Source: Desulfobacterales bacterium (GTDB taxonomy: Bacteria; Desulfobacterota; Desulfobacteria; Desulfobacterales; UBA5852). Taken from it: DNA of 64,000 nucleotides. How positions within the stretch are numbered: position 1 is the first letter of the stretch; every line of letters begins with the position of its first letter. A program made the translations under genes and the position numbers. Of this stretch, positions 19,312 through 28,827 are shown in pieces. The stretch covers positions 2,560,001 through 2,624,000 of the forward strand of contig CAXXVS010000003.1 in NCBI GenBank assembly GCA_963674755.2, given 5' to 3'. The notes below the pieces were generated by a model, which made no database searches, was not told the DNA's origin, and saw nothing but the letters and a program-made list of their open reading frames with translations.

Positions 19312-19782
19312 TCGGTCCTTGTCGAAGCTTAAAGCAAATCGAAGCATATCCTTGAGTTGAATCCCATTCTCATAGATGGGTTCTTCGTAATTATTAAGAA
19401 AAAAATCCTTGTCAATAGCATCCGCCCGAAAGCCTTCGCGTTGATAAAAGGCCAACTGATATCCGAATGTTCCCGTCCCTACTTCCAATCGTTTCACCTG
19501 CGCTTCACGAGTAGAGGCGATCACATGTTGAAGCAATTTCCTGCCAATACCTTTTTTTTGATGTTCTGGCGCAACGGAGATATTCATTAATTCATGAATA
19601 TCTGCTGAAACGCGTTCAACGATGCACACACCAACGGTCCGATCTTTCAATCTAGCGATAAAGCACCTGGATCGGCTCAGATAGTCTTCAACTTTCGTTC
19701 TTGAAGGATCCGCTTGCAGAAGCAAATCCATGGGTACTTCCGATGCTGTCACTTCTTCTATTCGTATCATGGAATCTGCCAT
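19306..19782 (-). CDS. GNAT N-acetyltransferase
   Basis: LLLQADPS, NISVAPEHQKKGIGRKL, QLAFYQREGF; clearly AT-richer than the backbone. Confidence 0.92.
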   Translation of the reverse strand: MADSMIRIEEVTASEVPMDLLLQADPSRTKVEDYLSRSRCFIARLKDRTVGVCIVERVSADIHELMNISVAPEHQKKGIGRKLLQHVIASTREAQVKRLEVGTGTFGYQLAFYQREGFRADAIDKDFFLNNYEEPIYENGIQLKDMLRFALSFDKDRG

Positions 19783-19794
19783 TTTTATTTCGTT

Positions 19795-19828
19795 AGTTAA
19801 CGATTATATTATCATGCTGCATGATAAT
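19795..19828. other. Perfect palindrome next to a GTT core-like heptamer at the head of the cassette run
   Basis: ATTATCATGC-T-GCATGATAAT (19808-19828); minus-strand GTTAACT at 19801-19795, 13 nt before the GNAT ATG. Confidence 0.45.
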
Positions 19829-20105
19829 TACGGAAAAGAATTATTTTGAGACACTTCCGCCGTAAAACAAGGCATGGTCTCGAACGGTAAGACGTCCACC
19901 GTGATTTCCGTTTGCACGGGTGGAGCGAGGGCCGGCAGGGGGGGATTGATGAATTGTTCCGTATCAGAATTCGGCTGTTGAGACAATAGGATAGGTCGAT
20001 TTATGGTGTCCCGGCGGATGGCGTTGACGGCCCAATGAAGCCGGCCGGGTTTCATAGGATGTGAGGCTCGCTACGGAAGTATTGCCAAACATCGAGGGAA
20101 GCGGT

Positions 20106-20343
20106 TAGAGTGTCCATCCATAAATGGCATCTTTTGTCCCCTGGCCCGCCGCCGGTATACCAATCCACCTTTGGCGGACAAGCCGTCGTTCTCGCCTCCT
20201 GTCGGTCCTCGACGTAGCAGGGCTACGCCTGCGGGCACCCACCGTTGAAGAATCAATCCGATGGGAAGTCCCGCTCGGCGGGACGCCAGTCGGCTGCGGC
20301 CTTGCCAGGAACCAAAATCTACCACCTCTGGATGGACACTATA
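20106..20343. mobile_element. MITE-like element, family A copy 2
   Basis: TIR TAGAGTGTCCATCCA / TGGATGGACACTATA (14/15); shared internal blocks. Confidence 0.8.
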
Positions 20344-20393
20344 TAGCAAAAACGATCGTATCCGAAGACACTGCCGTCGAAAGGTCAACCGTC

Positions 20394-20768
20394 ATGCGCA
20401 TCAACCGCAGGGAGTTCGAAGCGGCTGCGGAGCGGGCTATCGCAATGATTCCCGAGATGTTCCGGGCCCATTTGGGCAATATTGCCATTGTCGTCGAAAA
20501 TCATCCCTCCCATGAGCTTCTGATGGAAATGGGCATCCCTGCCGACGAGACCCTGTTCGGTGTATTTACCGGCGTTCCCCTGCCTGAGCGTTCGGTCACC
20601 GAACCGCCCCTCTACCCCGACGAGATCATCGTCTTCCGCCAACCGCTCATGGCGGCTTGCAGCAGTCTAAAGGAATTGCAGGAGGAGATCGCTATCACGG
20701 TGATCCACGAGGTGGCCCACTATATGGGGCTGAGCGAAGATCGGCTGGAAGAACTCGGCTACGGCTGA
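20394..20768 (+). CDS. Zincin-like metallopeptidase (DUF1025-type)
   Basis: LFGVFTGVPL, PDEIIVFRQP, IHEVAHYMG (HExxH); start trimmed to exclude MITE-derived sequence. Confidence 0.88.
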   Translation: MRINRREFEAAAERAIAMIPEMFRAHLGNIAIVVENHPSHELLMEMGIPADETLFGVFTGVPLPERSVTEPPLYPDEIIVFRQPLMAACSSLKELQEEIAITVIHEVAHYMGLSEDRLEELGYG

Positions 20769-20784
20769 TAAAAGGAGAACCGTT

Positions 20785-21216
20785 ATGAGCGCATTGATTC
20801 AGCACACGGCTCGGTTGGTGGTGCAACTGGCCACCGGTCCCGACATCCGGGACATTACGGGGGAGTTGGACCGTATCGTCCGCCAGGGCGCCATTCGGGA
20901 GGGGGGGCTGGCGGCCTCCGTGGTGGGATCCACCGGGTCACTTACCACCATCGAATACGAACCCGGGGTGGTGGCGGACCTCAAGGCGGCCATCGAACGG
21001 CTGGCGCCGCAGGATGCCGTCTATGCCCACGAGGAAGCCTGGCACGACGGCAACGGCCACAGCCATGTGCAGGCCGCGCTGCTGGGGCCGTCCCTGCACC
21101 TGCCGGTGCGGGAGGGCCGCCTGGAACTGGGCACCTGGCAGCAGGTGGTGGTCATCAACCATGACAACCGCCCCCGCCGGCGGCCCATCGAGGTGACGGT
21201 GACGGGGGTGCCCTGA
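20785..21216 (+). CDS. yjbQ: YjbQ/UPF0047 family protein
   Basis: GSTGSLTTIEYEPG, NGHSHVQAALLG, LGTWQ. Confidence 0.88.
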   Translation: MSALIQHTARLVVQLATGPDIRDITGELDRIVRQGAIREGGLAASVVGSTGSLTTIEYEPGVVADLKAAIERLAPQDAVYAHEEAWHDGNGHSHVQAALLGPSLHLPVREGRLELGTWQQVVVINHDNRPRRRPIEVTVTGVP

Positions 21217-21278
21217 TGGTGTCGATGACGAACCAGAGGTTTCAAACTGAGAGGGCGTGATGATTACCGACAATATGA

Positions 21279-21782
21279 AGTGCTTCAATACAGGAAGCCG
21301 ACGGATATACGGACAAGGAACTTGGCCTTGCCCGCCTCCGGGCGTCCAAGACCCGCATCGAGGAAATCATGGAATTTGCCGCCAAGATGAACTACCGGCG
21401 CCTCGGTATGGCGTTCTGCATCGGCCTGAGCCGGGAGGCCAAGGTGGTGGAAAAGCTTTTTGCGTCCCGCGGGTTCGATGTGGTTTCGGCGGCCTGCAAG
21501 GCGGGCCGTATTCCCAAGGAACGCCTTGGCCTGCGCCCGGACCAGCAGCTCGATCCGGAAACGGAGGAGGCCATGTGCAACCCGGTTTTGCAGGCCATGA
21601 TTTTGAACGAGGCGCAAACCGACTTCAATGTCCTCCTGGGACTCTGCGTCGGTCATGACTCCCTGTTCCTGAAGTTTGCCGAAGCCCCCTGCACCGTTCT
21701 GGCCGTAAAAGACCGGGTCCTCGGGCACAACCCCCTGGCGGCCGTGTATAATCTCGACAGCTATTACTGTTCCGTGAAGTGA
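21279..21782 (+). pseudogene. DUF1847 family protein, apparently 5'-truncated
   Basis: TRIEEIMEF...LGMAFCIGL, CKAG, MCNP..QA, GLCVGHDSLF, KDRVLGHNP; family-like sequence (SASIQEADGY) extends upstream of ATG 21369 to an in-frame TGA at 21276. Confidence 0.6.
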
Positions 21783-22163
21783 GGCGCTTGCGCCAAACAA
21801 CCTCATTGGCATTGAACGTCATTTAGCAAGTTGACTTTCAGGCGCCTGGACCAAATTTTAATGATCATATAATGCTGATCATACCCTCGACCCGACCGCC
21901 CTCATACGATCATTAACGTCGACCTGCCCCCTCGGAGCGCTTCTCGATTGCCAATCCACCGATAGTTCCTTTTTCTCTGACTATTGATGCCTGAATCGGG
22001 CAACTGTCCTGTATGGAACTGAAGGGATTTCGATTTTCCGGCAACGTTTTGGCTGCGCTTGCCGCCCGCTTATTCACTGCGCCGGCGCGCCATTAAGATT
22101 CGATGGTTGGCTCGAAATGAAAGCCGCCAATGTCCAAAACATTTTTCCAAAAGGAGGTTAGCG

Positions 22164-22949
22164 ATGGGATTCGTAAAGACGATGGAGGAAATCGCCGCCA
22201 GCCACAGAGAGACGGGCGATTTTTACGATGCAGAAGTGCTTACCGTCTTTTTTGAAACCAACCCCAAAGTTGCAGAACGATTCATACCGCCGCCCCTAAG
22301 CCTTGGTCCATTGCCAATCGGCGCTGTCTTTGTCGCCAACTACCCCAAAACCAATTTCAGCGTGTCCTATTTAGAGAGTGCCCTATTCCTGATGGTCACC
22401 CATAACGGTGAAGATGGCGTCTATTGCTTGTCGATGCCGGTCGACAACGATATGGCCCTTATTTTAGGCCGGGAAACGTTCGGTTATCCCAAAAAAATGG
22501 GGAATATCTATTTGGAGCGGGAAGGAAATGATTTCCGCGGGGGGACGGAGCGGCACGGGATACGCTTTATGGAGGTGAAAGCACGCATGGAGGGCGCTTT
22601 CAACGACCCCGGAGCCCAGCAAATCATCGCTGAAATGACCCAAACCAATCCCGACATTGTGGTTTACAACTATAAATATTTCCCCAATCCGGAAATAACC
22701 GGGTTCGACTACAATCCGAGGCTGGTCAAAGAAACAGTGAAACGCCGATTTAAGCATATTGATTATGGCGAGGCCCAACTGTTCTTCAACCCGTCCCCCC
22801 ATGACCCTTGGAGCGACATCGAGATCGTCAAGGTCCTCGGTGCAACCTTCTCGGTGGGCGATAACTCCATGTTGCCGGGTGAAGTGGTCGCCGAAGTCGA
22901 TTCTGCGGAATTTGCGCCCTATGCCTTTATGAAAATGGACGAACTATAG
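22164..22949 (+). CDS. Acetoacetate decarboxylase family protein
   Basis: SYLESALF, GRETFGYPKK (Schiff-base Lys motif), PHDPW; RBS AGGAGG. Confidence 0.88.
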   Translation: MGFVKTMEEIAASHRETGDFYDAEVLTVFFETNPKVAERFIPPPLSLGPLPIGAVFVANYPKTNFSVSYLESALFLMVTHNGEDGVYCLSMPVDNDMALILGRETFGYPKKMGNIYLEREGNDFRGGTERHGIRFMEVKARMEGAFNDPGAQQIIAEMTQTNPDIVVYNYKYFPNPEITGFDYNPRLVKETVKRRFKHIDYGEAQLFFNPSPHDPWSDIEIVKVLGATFSVGDNSMLPGEVVAEVDSAEFAPYAFMKMDEL

Positions 22950-22958
22950 ACAGCCCTG

Positions 22959-23210
22959 CTCATTTTCGAAGCATCCGAGATGATCGATGCCGACAAATAG
23001 AAAATAATAGAAAGCCTGCCGAAGACGATGAACGCCAAGGTTGCCGCCCGCAAAATTTTATCGGGTGTAAGCAAAAATCAAGCCTATATTGTATTCCCAT
23101 TCTATGCTAAATTATTCTGGTGGCTTTTAAGAATACACCCCGCAATTTTGAACCCTCTGGGAAACAAATCGGTGGCCATATTCAGATCGGCAAAATGGGC
23201 AACCGAATAG
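22959..23210 (+). pseudogene. C-terminal remnant of an SDR oxidoreductase
   Basis: IFEASEMIDADK*KIIESLPKTMNAKVAARKILSGVSKNQAYIVFPFYAKLFWWLLRIHP; internal TAG at 22998; no Rossmann N-terminus. Confidence 0.55.
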
Positions 23211-23337
23211 AAGCGTCATGCCGTTTTTTACGGACTATAAACCGGTCGTTAGCCATCCAAATGGATGGTCGAACTTTCGTTCGAAGGCAGATTTCACCGT
23301 TTCTGTTCCCATTGGATACTTGTCAAAGGAGGGGTGT

Positions 23338-25011
23338 ATGGAAAAAAGCAGGCGATGGCATGCGCAGTATCCCGAAGGTTTGGCGTTCTGGCCGGAATTT
23401 GAGAAACGGACCCTTTCCCAGGCCCTGACGAAAACCGTTGTTGATTTCCCGGAACGAATCGCCCTTGATTTGTTCGGGAAGAGAATTCCCTATCGGGAGC
23501 TCAATCGGCTGGTCGGCCGATTTGCGCAGGGGCTGCAAAACCTCGGCGTCGCCGCGGGGGACAAGGTGGCCCTGCTGCTGCCGAACATCCCCCAGGTGGT
23601 GATCGCCAATTTCGCCATATGGCGCCTGGGGGCGGTGACAGCCCCGGCCAATCCCCTGTATACGGAACGGGAACTCCTGCATCAGCTGAACGACTCGGAG
23701 GCCACCGTTCTCATCGCGCTGGACCTCCTCATGCCGCGCGTGCAGGGTATCCTGGCGCAAACCGCCGTCCGTGAGGTGATTGCCTGCCATATCAACGACT
23801 ACCTGCCCTTCCCCAAAAATTTCCTTTTCCCCTATGTGAAGAAAGACATGTACCGCGCCATAGCCCCCGGGGACCATCGTCATTTGTTTACCGACATCAT
23901 CAAGGGGACAACGGGCGAGGTGACGGAAGACAAGGCCCGCTGGGATGACCTGGCGGCCCTGCTTTACACGGGCGGCACCACCGGCGTCAGCAAGGGCGTC
24001 ATGCTGACCCACGCCAACCTGTCGATCAATGTGCAGCAGCTTAAAATGTGGTTTTCCCAATTGGAAGAGGGGAAAAGCAGCCTGCTGGCGGTGTTCCCGT
24101 TTTTCCATTCGGCGGGCTTCACGGGGATGCAGAACATGAGTGTCTTCGGCGGATTTACCAATGTCCTGGTGCCCCGGCCGGAGCCCAAGGTCATCGTCGA
24201 CATCATGAAGCGGGTCAAGCCGGATTTCGTCCCCGGGGTCCCCACCATTTATACCGGCCTGCTGAACACGCCGGCCTTCCGGCAAATGGACCACAGCCAT
24301 GCCAAGCTCTTTGTGGCCGGCGCCGCCCCGCTGCCCCCGGAAACCGTGAAGGAGTTGACGTCGCTGACGGGCAAGGGGATTACCAACGTCTACGGGCTTA
24401 CGGAAACCTCACCCATGGCGACGGTCACCCCGTGGATGGGCTTGAACAAGGCCGGCTCGGCGGGCGTGCCGCTGCCGGGGACGGACATGCGCATCGTGGA
24501 CGTGGCGGACAGCGCCAGCGAAATGCCCCCCGGCGAAAAAGGGGAAGTCGCTTTCAAGGGGCCCCAGGTCATGCAGGGCTATTACAAGCGGCCGGAGGAG
24601 ACGGCCGCGGTGCTCAAAGACGGCTGGTTGTATACCGGTGATATCGGCTATATGGACGAAGACGGCTTCCTGACCCTGGTGGACCGTAAGAAAGACATGA
24701 TCATTGCCAGCGGCTACAATATCTTCCCCAACGAGATCGACGACGTTCTCTTCGAACACCCCCAAATCCTGGAGGCCTGCACCATCGGCGTGCCCGATGA
24801 ATACCGCGGCGAGACGGTCAAGGCCTTCGTGGTGTGCAAGCCGGGCGCAAGCTTGAGCGAAGATGAGGTGATCGCCTATTGCCGGACCAAGCTGGCGGCC
24901 TACAAGGTCCCCAAAAGCATCGAATTCATCGCTGAATTGCCCAAAAGCGCCGTCGGCAAATTGTTGCGCAAGGAATTGCGGGCACAAGCGACAGGGCCCA
25001 TCCGGAAATAG
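23338..25011 (+). CDS. Long-chain fatty acid-CoA ligase
   Basis: YTGGTTGVSKG, YGLTETSP, YTGDIG, DRKKDMI, LPKSAVGK; RBS AGGAGG. Confidence 0.93.
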   Translation: MEKSRRWHAQYPEGLAFWPEFEKRTLSQALTKTVVDFPERIALDLFGKRIPYRELNRLVGRFAQGLQNLGVAAGDKVALLLPNIPQVVIANFAIWRLGAVTAPANPLYTERELLHQLNDSEATVLIALDLLMPRVQGILAQTAVREVIACHINDYLPFPKNFLFPYVKKDMYRAIAPGDHRHLFTDIIKGTTGEVTEDKARWDDLAALLYTGGTTGVSKGVMLTHANLSINVQQLKMWFSQLEEGKSSLLAVFPFFHSAGFTGMQNMSVFGGFTNVLVPRPEPKVIVDIMKRVKPDFVPGVPTIYTGLLNTPAFRQMDHSHAKLFVAGAAPLPPETVKELTSLTGKGITNVYGLTETSPMATVTPWMGLNKAGSAGVPLPGTDMRIVDVADSASEMPPGEKGEVAFKGPQVMQGYYKRPEETAAVLKDGWLYTGDIGYMDEDGFLTLVDRKKDMIIASGYNIFPNEIDDVLFEHPQILEACTIGVPDEYRGETVKAFVVCKPGASLSEDEVIAYCRTKLAAYKVPKSIEFIAELPKSAVGKLLRKELRAQATGPIRK

Positions 25012-25297
25012 CATTTTTTGGCCCCGGGCCCGCCGCCGGTGGGCCGGGTTCCCGAATGGAGATCAATCCACCTTTGGCGGACAAGCCGGCGTTCGCGCCT
25101 CCTGTCGGTCCTCGGCGTAGCCGGGCGACGTCTGCGGGCACCCACCGTTGAAGAATCCATCAGATGGGAAGTCCCGCTTGGCGGGACGCCCGTCGGCTGC
25201 GGTTTGTTGAGCACCGATGAGTTGCGGATCAGACGTGAAATCCCGCGCTGTGCGGCGGGACCAGGAACCCAAATCGACTCTCTCCCGGCGGACCCTA
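24992..25297. mobile_element. MITE-like element, family A copy 3 (longest, degenerate TIRs)
   Basis: Shares GGCCCGCCGCCGGT, CACCTTTGGCGGACAAGCCG and GGGAAGTCCCGCT.GGCGGGACGCC blocks with copy 2. Confidence 0.7.
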
Positions 25298-28200
25298 TTT
25301 TAATCCTAGTATGACACATTCCGGCGACAGCCCCTCAGCCACTTTCGGCGCCAGGGGGTTTTCCGGTTTCACCAGGAAAACCCGCGCGGCGTCCACCTTG
25401 CCGGATTTCAGCAGATAGTCCTGGACGGCTTGGGCCCGGGCATAGGCCAGATCCTCCAGCTGGGGGGTGCCCACTTCGATGTGCTGCCGGATCAGGGCTT
25501 CGGCCTCCTTGGGCGGCAGGGTTTTTTCCATGCCGATGAAGTTGGTGGGTTTTTTGAAGGTTTCGGCCTTGTAGGCGGCCTGCAGGAGATCGTCATATTC
25601 TTCCGGGGCGATGACGATGTCCTCCAGCGGGGGGCTGGGCTTGCCCTCGTCAGCCAGTTGCAGCGCTTTCTGGGCTTGCAGCTTGCGCTTGAAGAGGATT
25701 TCGGACAGGGCCGGGGTGTCGCCGGCCGGATCGGCGAAACCGGAGATGTCCACCTGCAGGGCCGGGCGGTCGTAGAGCACTTTGGCCAGCTCATCGAGCT
25801 TGGCGGTGGTCTCGGGCGTCAGCTTGGCCGTGCCGGGGTCAAAGGCCAGGTGGTCCGGGTGGGCGCTTTCGAAGAGTCCCCCCAGCAGGGTGAAGGGCGA
25901 GGTGGCCGCCTTGACAATGAGATTGACGAAGGCCTGCAGGACGATGCCGCCGATGGAAAAGTCGGGGTCGTTCATGTTGCCGGAGACCGGCAGATTGATG
26001 TGGATGTCGCCGCGCCGGTCCTTCAACAGGGCTACGGCCAGGTCCACCGGCAGCCCCAGGTCGTCCGGGCTTTTCACCTTCTGACCGAAATTGAACTGGT
26101 CGATCTGAATATCGTGGTTGGCTTTCAGGGTCTGATGTTCGATGAGATAGGTGGTTTTGACGGTCAGCTTGCCCTGGCTGATGGTGCGGCCTACGTAGCG
26201 GCCCGAATAAGGGCTGGCGGCGGTGAGATCCAACTGCCGGAGGTTCAGGGTCAGGTCGGCATACATATCGCCCTTCAGGGGCTGGATCTGTCCGGAAATG
26301 GATACCGGGGCATTGCCGGCCACGCGTCCCTTGATATCCACCTTGGCGGGCTGGGCGGCCTCCGAAGACAGGCCGGTAATGGCGGCCGACACCGCTGAAA
26401 TGCTGATCTGGAAACCGGGCTTGAAACTGCGGTCGGCAAAAACGAGGTCACCCCCGTTGCTCCGGAGCGCGTGAATGGTGATGGGCACCGGCGCTGAACT
26501 TGCGGCCGGCCCGGAGGAGGTTGCGGCGGCCGGTGCGGGGGTGGCCGGACGCTCCGATTCGGGCTCGGCGGCCACCGCCAGGTTGAGGCGGCCCTTTTCG
26601 TCGATCAGGACCCGGCTGAAAGGCTTCTCCAGGCGGATCTCATCGATGGTGACAAAGGTCGGATTGACCCCGATATCCATACCGCTCGCATTGAGGGCCT
26701 GCCAGGTCACAAAAGGCTGGGCCCCCCGGCGGTCCAGGGTGCGGAAGTTCCGTACCGCGGCCTGGCCCTTGTAGACGATGGAAGGGGCCCCCTTCTCGTC
26801 GGTCTTCAGGGTGAGGTCGCCCGCCAGGGCCAGGTCGCCGTCGGCCAGGACCACGCCGATGTAAGGTTTGATAAAGGGGTAGAAGGCCGCCAGGCCTATC
26901 TGGTCCAAGGTCAGGTGGGCGTCCGCGCTCAGGGGCTGCACCGTCAGGGTCGTGCGGGTCGTGAGGTGCCCGGTCTCGTTGATGCGGCAGCTCAGGTCCA
27001 GAGCGGTCCGGGTAGCGGGGCGAGTCGAGAAGTCGGTGACGGCCAGATCGATGGCGTCCACGGTAACACGGACCGGATCGTCCGGCACGAGGTTGACCCC
27101 CCGGAAGGCATAGTCCGTCAGATTCACCTGTCCGACATCCACTTGCCAGGGCTCTCCGGCCGGAGCGGGGGGCGCATCGCCGGCCGCTGGGGGGGGCAGC
27201 AGGATATCCAGATTCAGAACGCCGTCCGCCAGCCGGCGCAGCTCGAAGGCGCCTTCCCGGCCCGTCACCGTGCCCACCTGGACCGCCTGACGGTCCACGT
27301 CGATGGCGGTCCGCGCCACTGAGAAATGGGGAATCGCGATCATGGTGTGATCCTGCAGGGCCTGGTTCGCGCCGGCGGCCGGTGCGGATTTGAGGTCCCT
27401 GATCTGCAGGCGGGCCCCTTCCAGGGTGATCTGGGCGATTTTCACCACGGGCGGCGGGAGGTTGATTTTGCGGAAGACCTCCCTCATCGGGAGCGCTTGG
27501 CTGGTGCGCACGATGCGTTCCGTGGGCAGCCGTGTAATCGTGAAGGCGGGATTTTGCAGCAGGATCTGCTGGAAGCGGACGATGCCCTCCCAGGGCTCCA
27601 GGTCGGCGAGCTCGAGGCGGAGCTGATCGAGCTGCAGCATGGGGCGCCCGGCCCCGTCCTCCAGGGCCAGGTTGTGCAGGGCGATCAGCCCGGCGGTGCG
27701 GAAGGAATGGCGCCCGTCCTCGAAGGCTTGGTAGGTCAGGGCGAGATTGATATCCAGCAGGCCGGATTGGATGCGGATATCGGCTTCCGGGGGAACGTAA
27801 GGCATGTAGGCGGCCAGATCGATGCCCTGCAGGTCGAGGGTGAGATCGGTTTCCCGGGAGCCGGCAAAGGGCTTGACCTGCCCATGCAGGCTGAAGGGCG
27901 TGCCGTTGATGGTCGCATAGAGGTGTGGATCCACGAAAATATTGATGCGGGACGGCAGGTTGGAAAGAAAGGGGACGGCGATGTCGATATCGGTGATGTG
28001 GTGGGTCTTGCCGCGGATGTCGTCCTGGAAGCGAATTTCACTGCGGATCAGCTGGATATTGTTAATGGAGAAACGGAAGGGATCCGCAGCTTTTTTATCC
28101 TCGGCCGGTGCCGGCGCTTCGGTACCCGATGTGGCCTCCAGCAGATCGGAGAAATTCCAGCGATGGTCCTTGTGGAGCTCCAGGGAGGCGTAGAGGCCGT

Positions 28201-28543
28201 CCAGACGGAACTCTTTGATCACCGGCGCCCACCTGAAGAGGGAGACGGACTGCAGGTTGACATAGAGCTCCCGGAAGGCGGCCAGCCTGTTTTGCCCGCC
28301 GGGTTCCAAGACCTCCATATTGCGGACGGTGGCCGACAGGGTATAGGGGTTCAGGCGCACGGCTTCGATGCGCACGTCCCGGTGCAAAACCTTATGCAGC
28401 TGGCGGACGGCCACCGCACGCACGATGGGCGGCAGCACGAGAAACCCGATCAGCGTGTAGAGCAATACGCCCAGAACGGCTGCCAAGAGGAGTTTTTGCC
28501 GGCGGGTCAGGGCCTTGAACCGTGCTGCCATCTGATTTGTCAT
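25295..28543 (-). CDS. DUF748 (AsmA-like) envelope protein with OmpA-like C-terminal region
   Basis: N-terminal TM, VRLNPYTL, repeated beta-rich units, LAVALLKDRRGDIHINLPVSG, RAQAVQDYL. Confidence 0.88.
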   Translation of the reverse strand: MTNQMAARFKALTRRQKLLLAAVLGVLLYTLIGFLVLPPIVRAVAVRQLHKVLHRDVRIEAVRLNPYTLSATVRNMEVLEPGGQNRLAAFRELYVNLQSVSLFRWAPVIKEFRLDGLYASLELHKDHRWNFSDLLEATSGTEAPAPAEDKKAADPFRFSINNIQLIRSEIRFQDDIRGKTHHITDIDIAVPFLSNLPSRINIFVDPHLYATINGTPFSLHGQVKPFAGSRETDLTLDLQGIDLAAYMPYVPPEADIRIQSGLLDINLALTYQAFEDGRHSFRTAGLIALHNLALEDGAGRPMLQLDQLRLELADLEPWEGIVRFQQILLQNPAFTITRLPTERIVRTSQALPMREVFRKINLPPPVVKIAQITLEGARLQIRDLKSAPAAGANQALQDHTMIAIPHFSVARTAIDVDRQAVQVGTVTGREGAFELRRLADGVLNLDILLPPPAAGDAPPAPAGEPWQVDVGQVNLTDYAFRGVNLVPDDPVRVTVDAIDLAVTDFSTRPATRTALDLSCRINETGHLTTRTTLTVQPLSADAHLTLDQIGLAAFYPFIKPYIGVVLADGDLALAGDLTLKTDEKGAPSIVYKGQAAVRNFRTLDRRGAQPFVTWQALNASGMDIGVNPTFVTIDEIRLEKPFSRVLIDEKGRLNLAVAAEPESERPATPAPAAATSSGPAASSAPVPITIHALRSNGGDLVFADRSFKPGFQISISAVSAAITGLSSEAAQPAKVDIKGRVAGNAPVSISGQIQPLKGDMYADLTLNLRQLDLTAASPYSGRYVGRTISQGKLTVKTTYLIEHQTLKANHDIQIDQFNFGQKVKSPDDLGLPVDLAVALLKDRRGDIHINLPVSGNMNDPDFSIGGIVLQAFVNLIVKAATSPFTLLGGLFESAHPDHLAFDPGTAKLTPETTAKLDELAKVLYDRPALQVDISGFADPAGDTPALSEILFKRKLQAQKALQLADEGKPSPPLEDIVIAPEEYDDLLQAAYKAETFKKPTNFIGMEKTLPPKEAEALIRQHIEVGTPQLEDLAYARAQAVQDYLLKSGKVDAARVFLVKPENPLAPKVAEGLSPECVILGLK

Positions 28544-28827
28544 GATGCGGAGAGCTCCTTGGGGGTGGGGAAAACGCTTCGGAACCAGAAATGCGCTATG
28601 GCCAATATGGGGATTTCCCCGCTAACAAGTCAAGCCGGAAATACTGCGCCCATCATGCTCCGTCAGCGCTCTCCGGCCGGAGCCCGCCGGTTGACAGCCC
28701 CTGTAAAACATCATATGCGAGGCTATCCCAAAACTTAGGATTTCCGTTTGCGATCGAGGCGAGGCCGGTGGAGATAGGCTTCTCCGAGATTCTGTGCGAT
28801 GGATGGCTGTGTGATATCATGATGCTT

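Noticed and set aside
19828..20055. 75-aa ORF or possible intI remnant
   Set aside because: No tyrosine-recombinase motif recognised by eye
21258..21278. In-frame TGA upstream of DUF1847 as possible selenocysteine
   Set aside because: Further in-frame stops at 21258 and 21261, and no family-like sequence upstream
8178..25314. Recurring peptide LWRTSRRSR in ORFs at 8178, 20124 and 25018
   Set aside because: Translation of MITE family A rather than a protein family; the 20124 start wrongly extends the zincin gene
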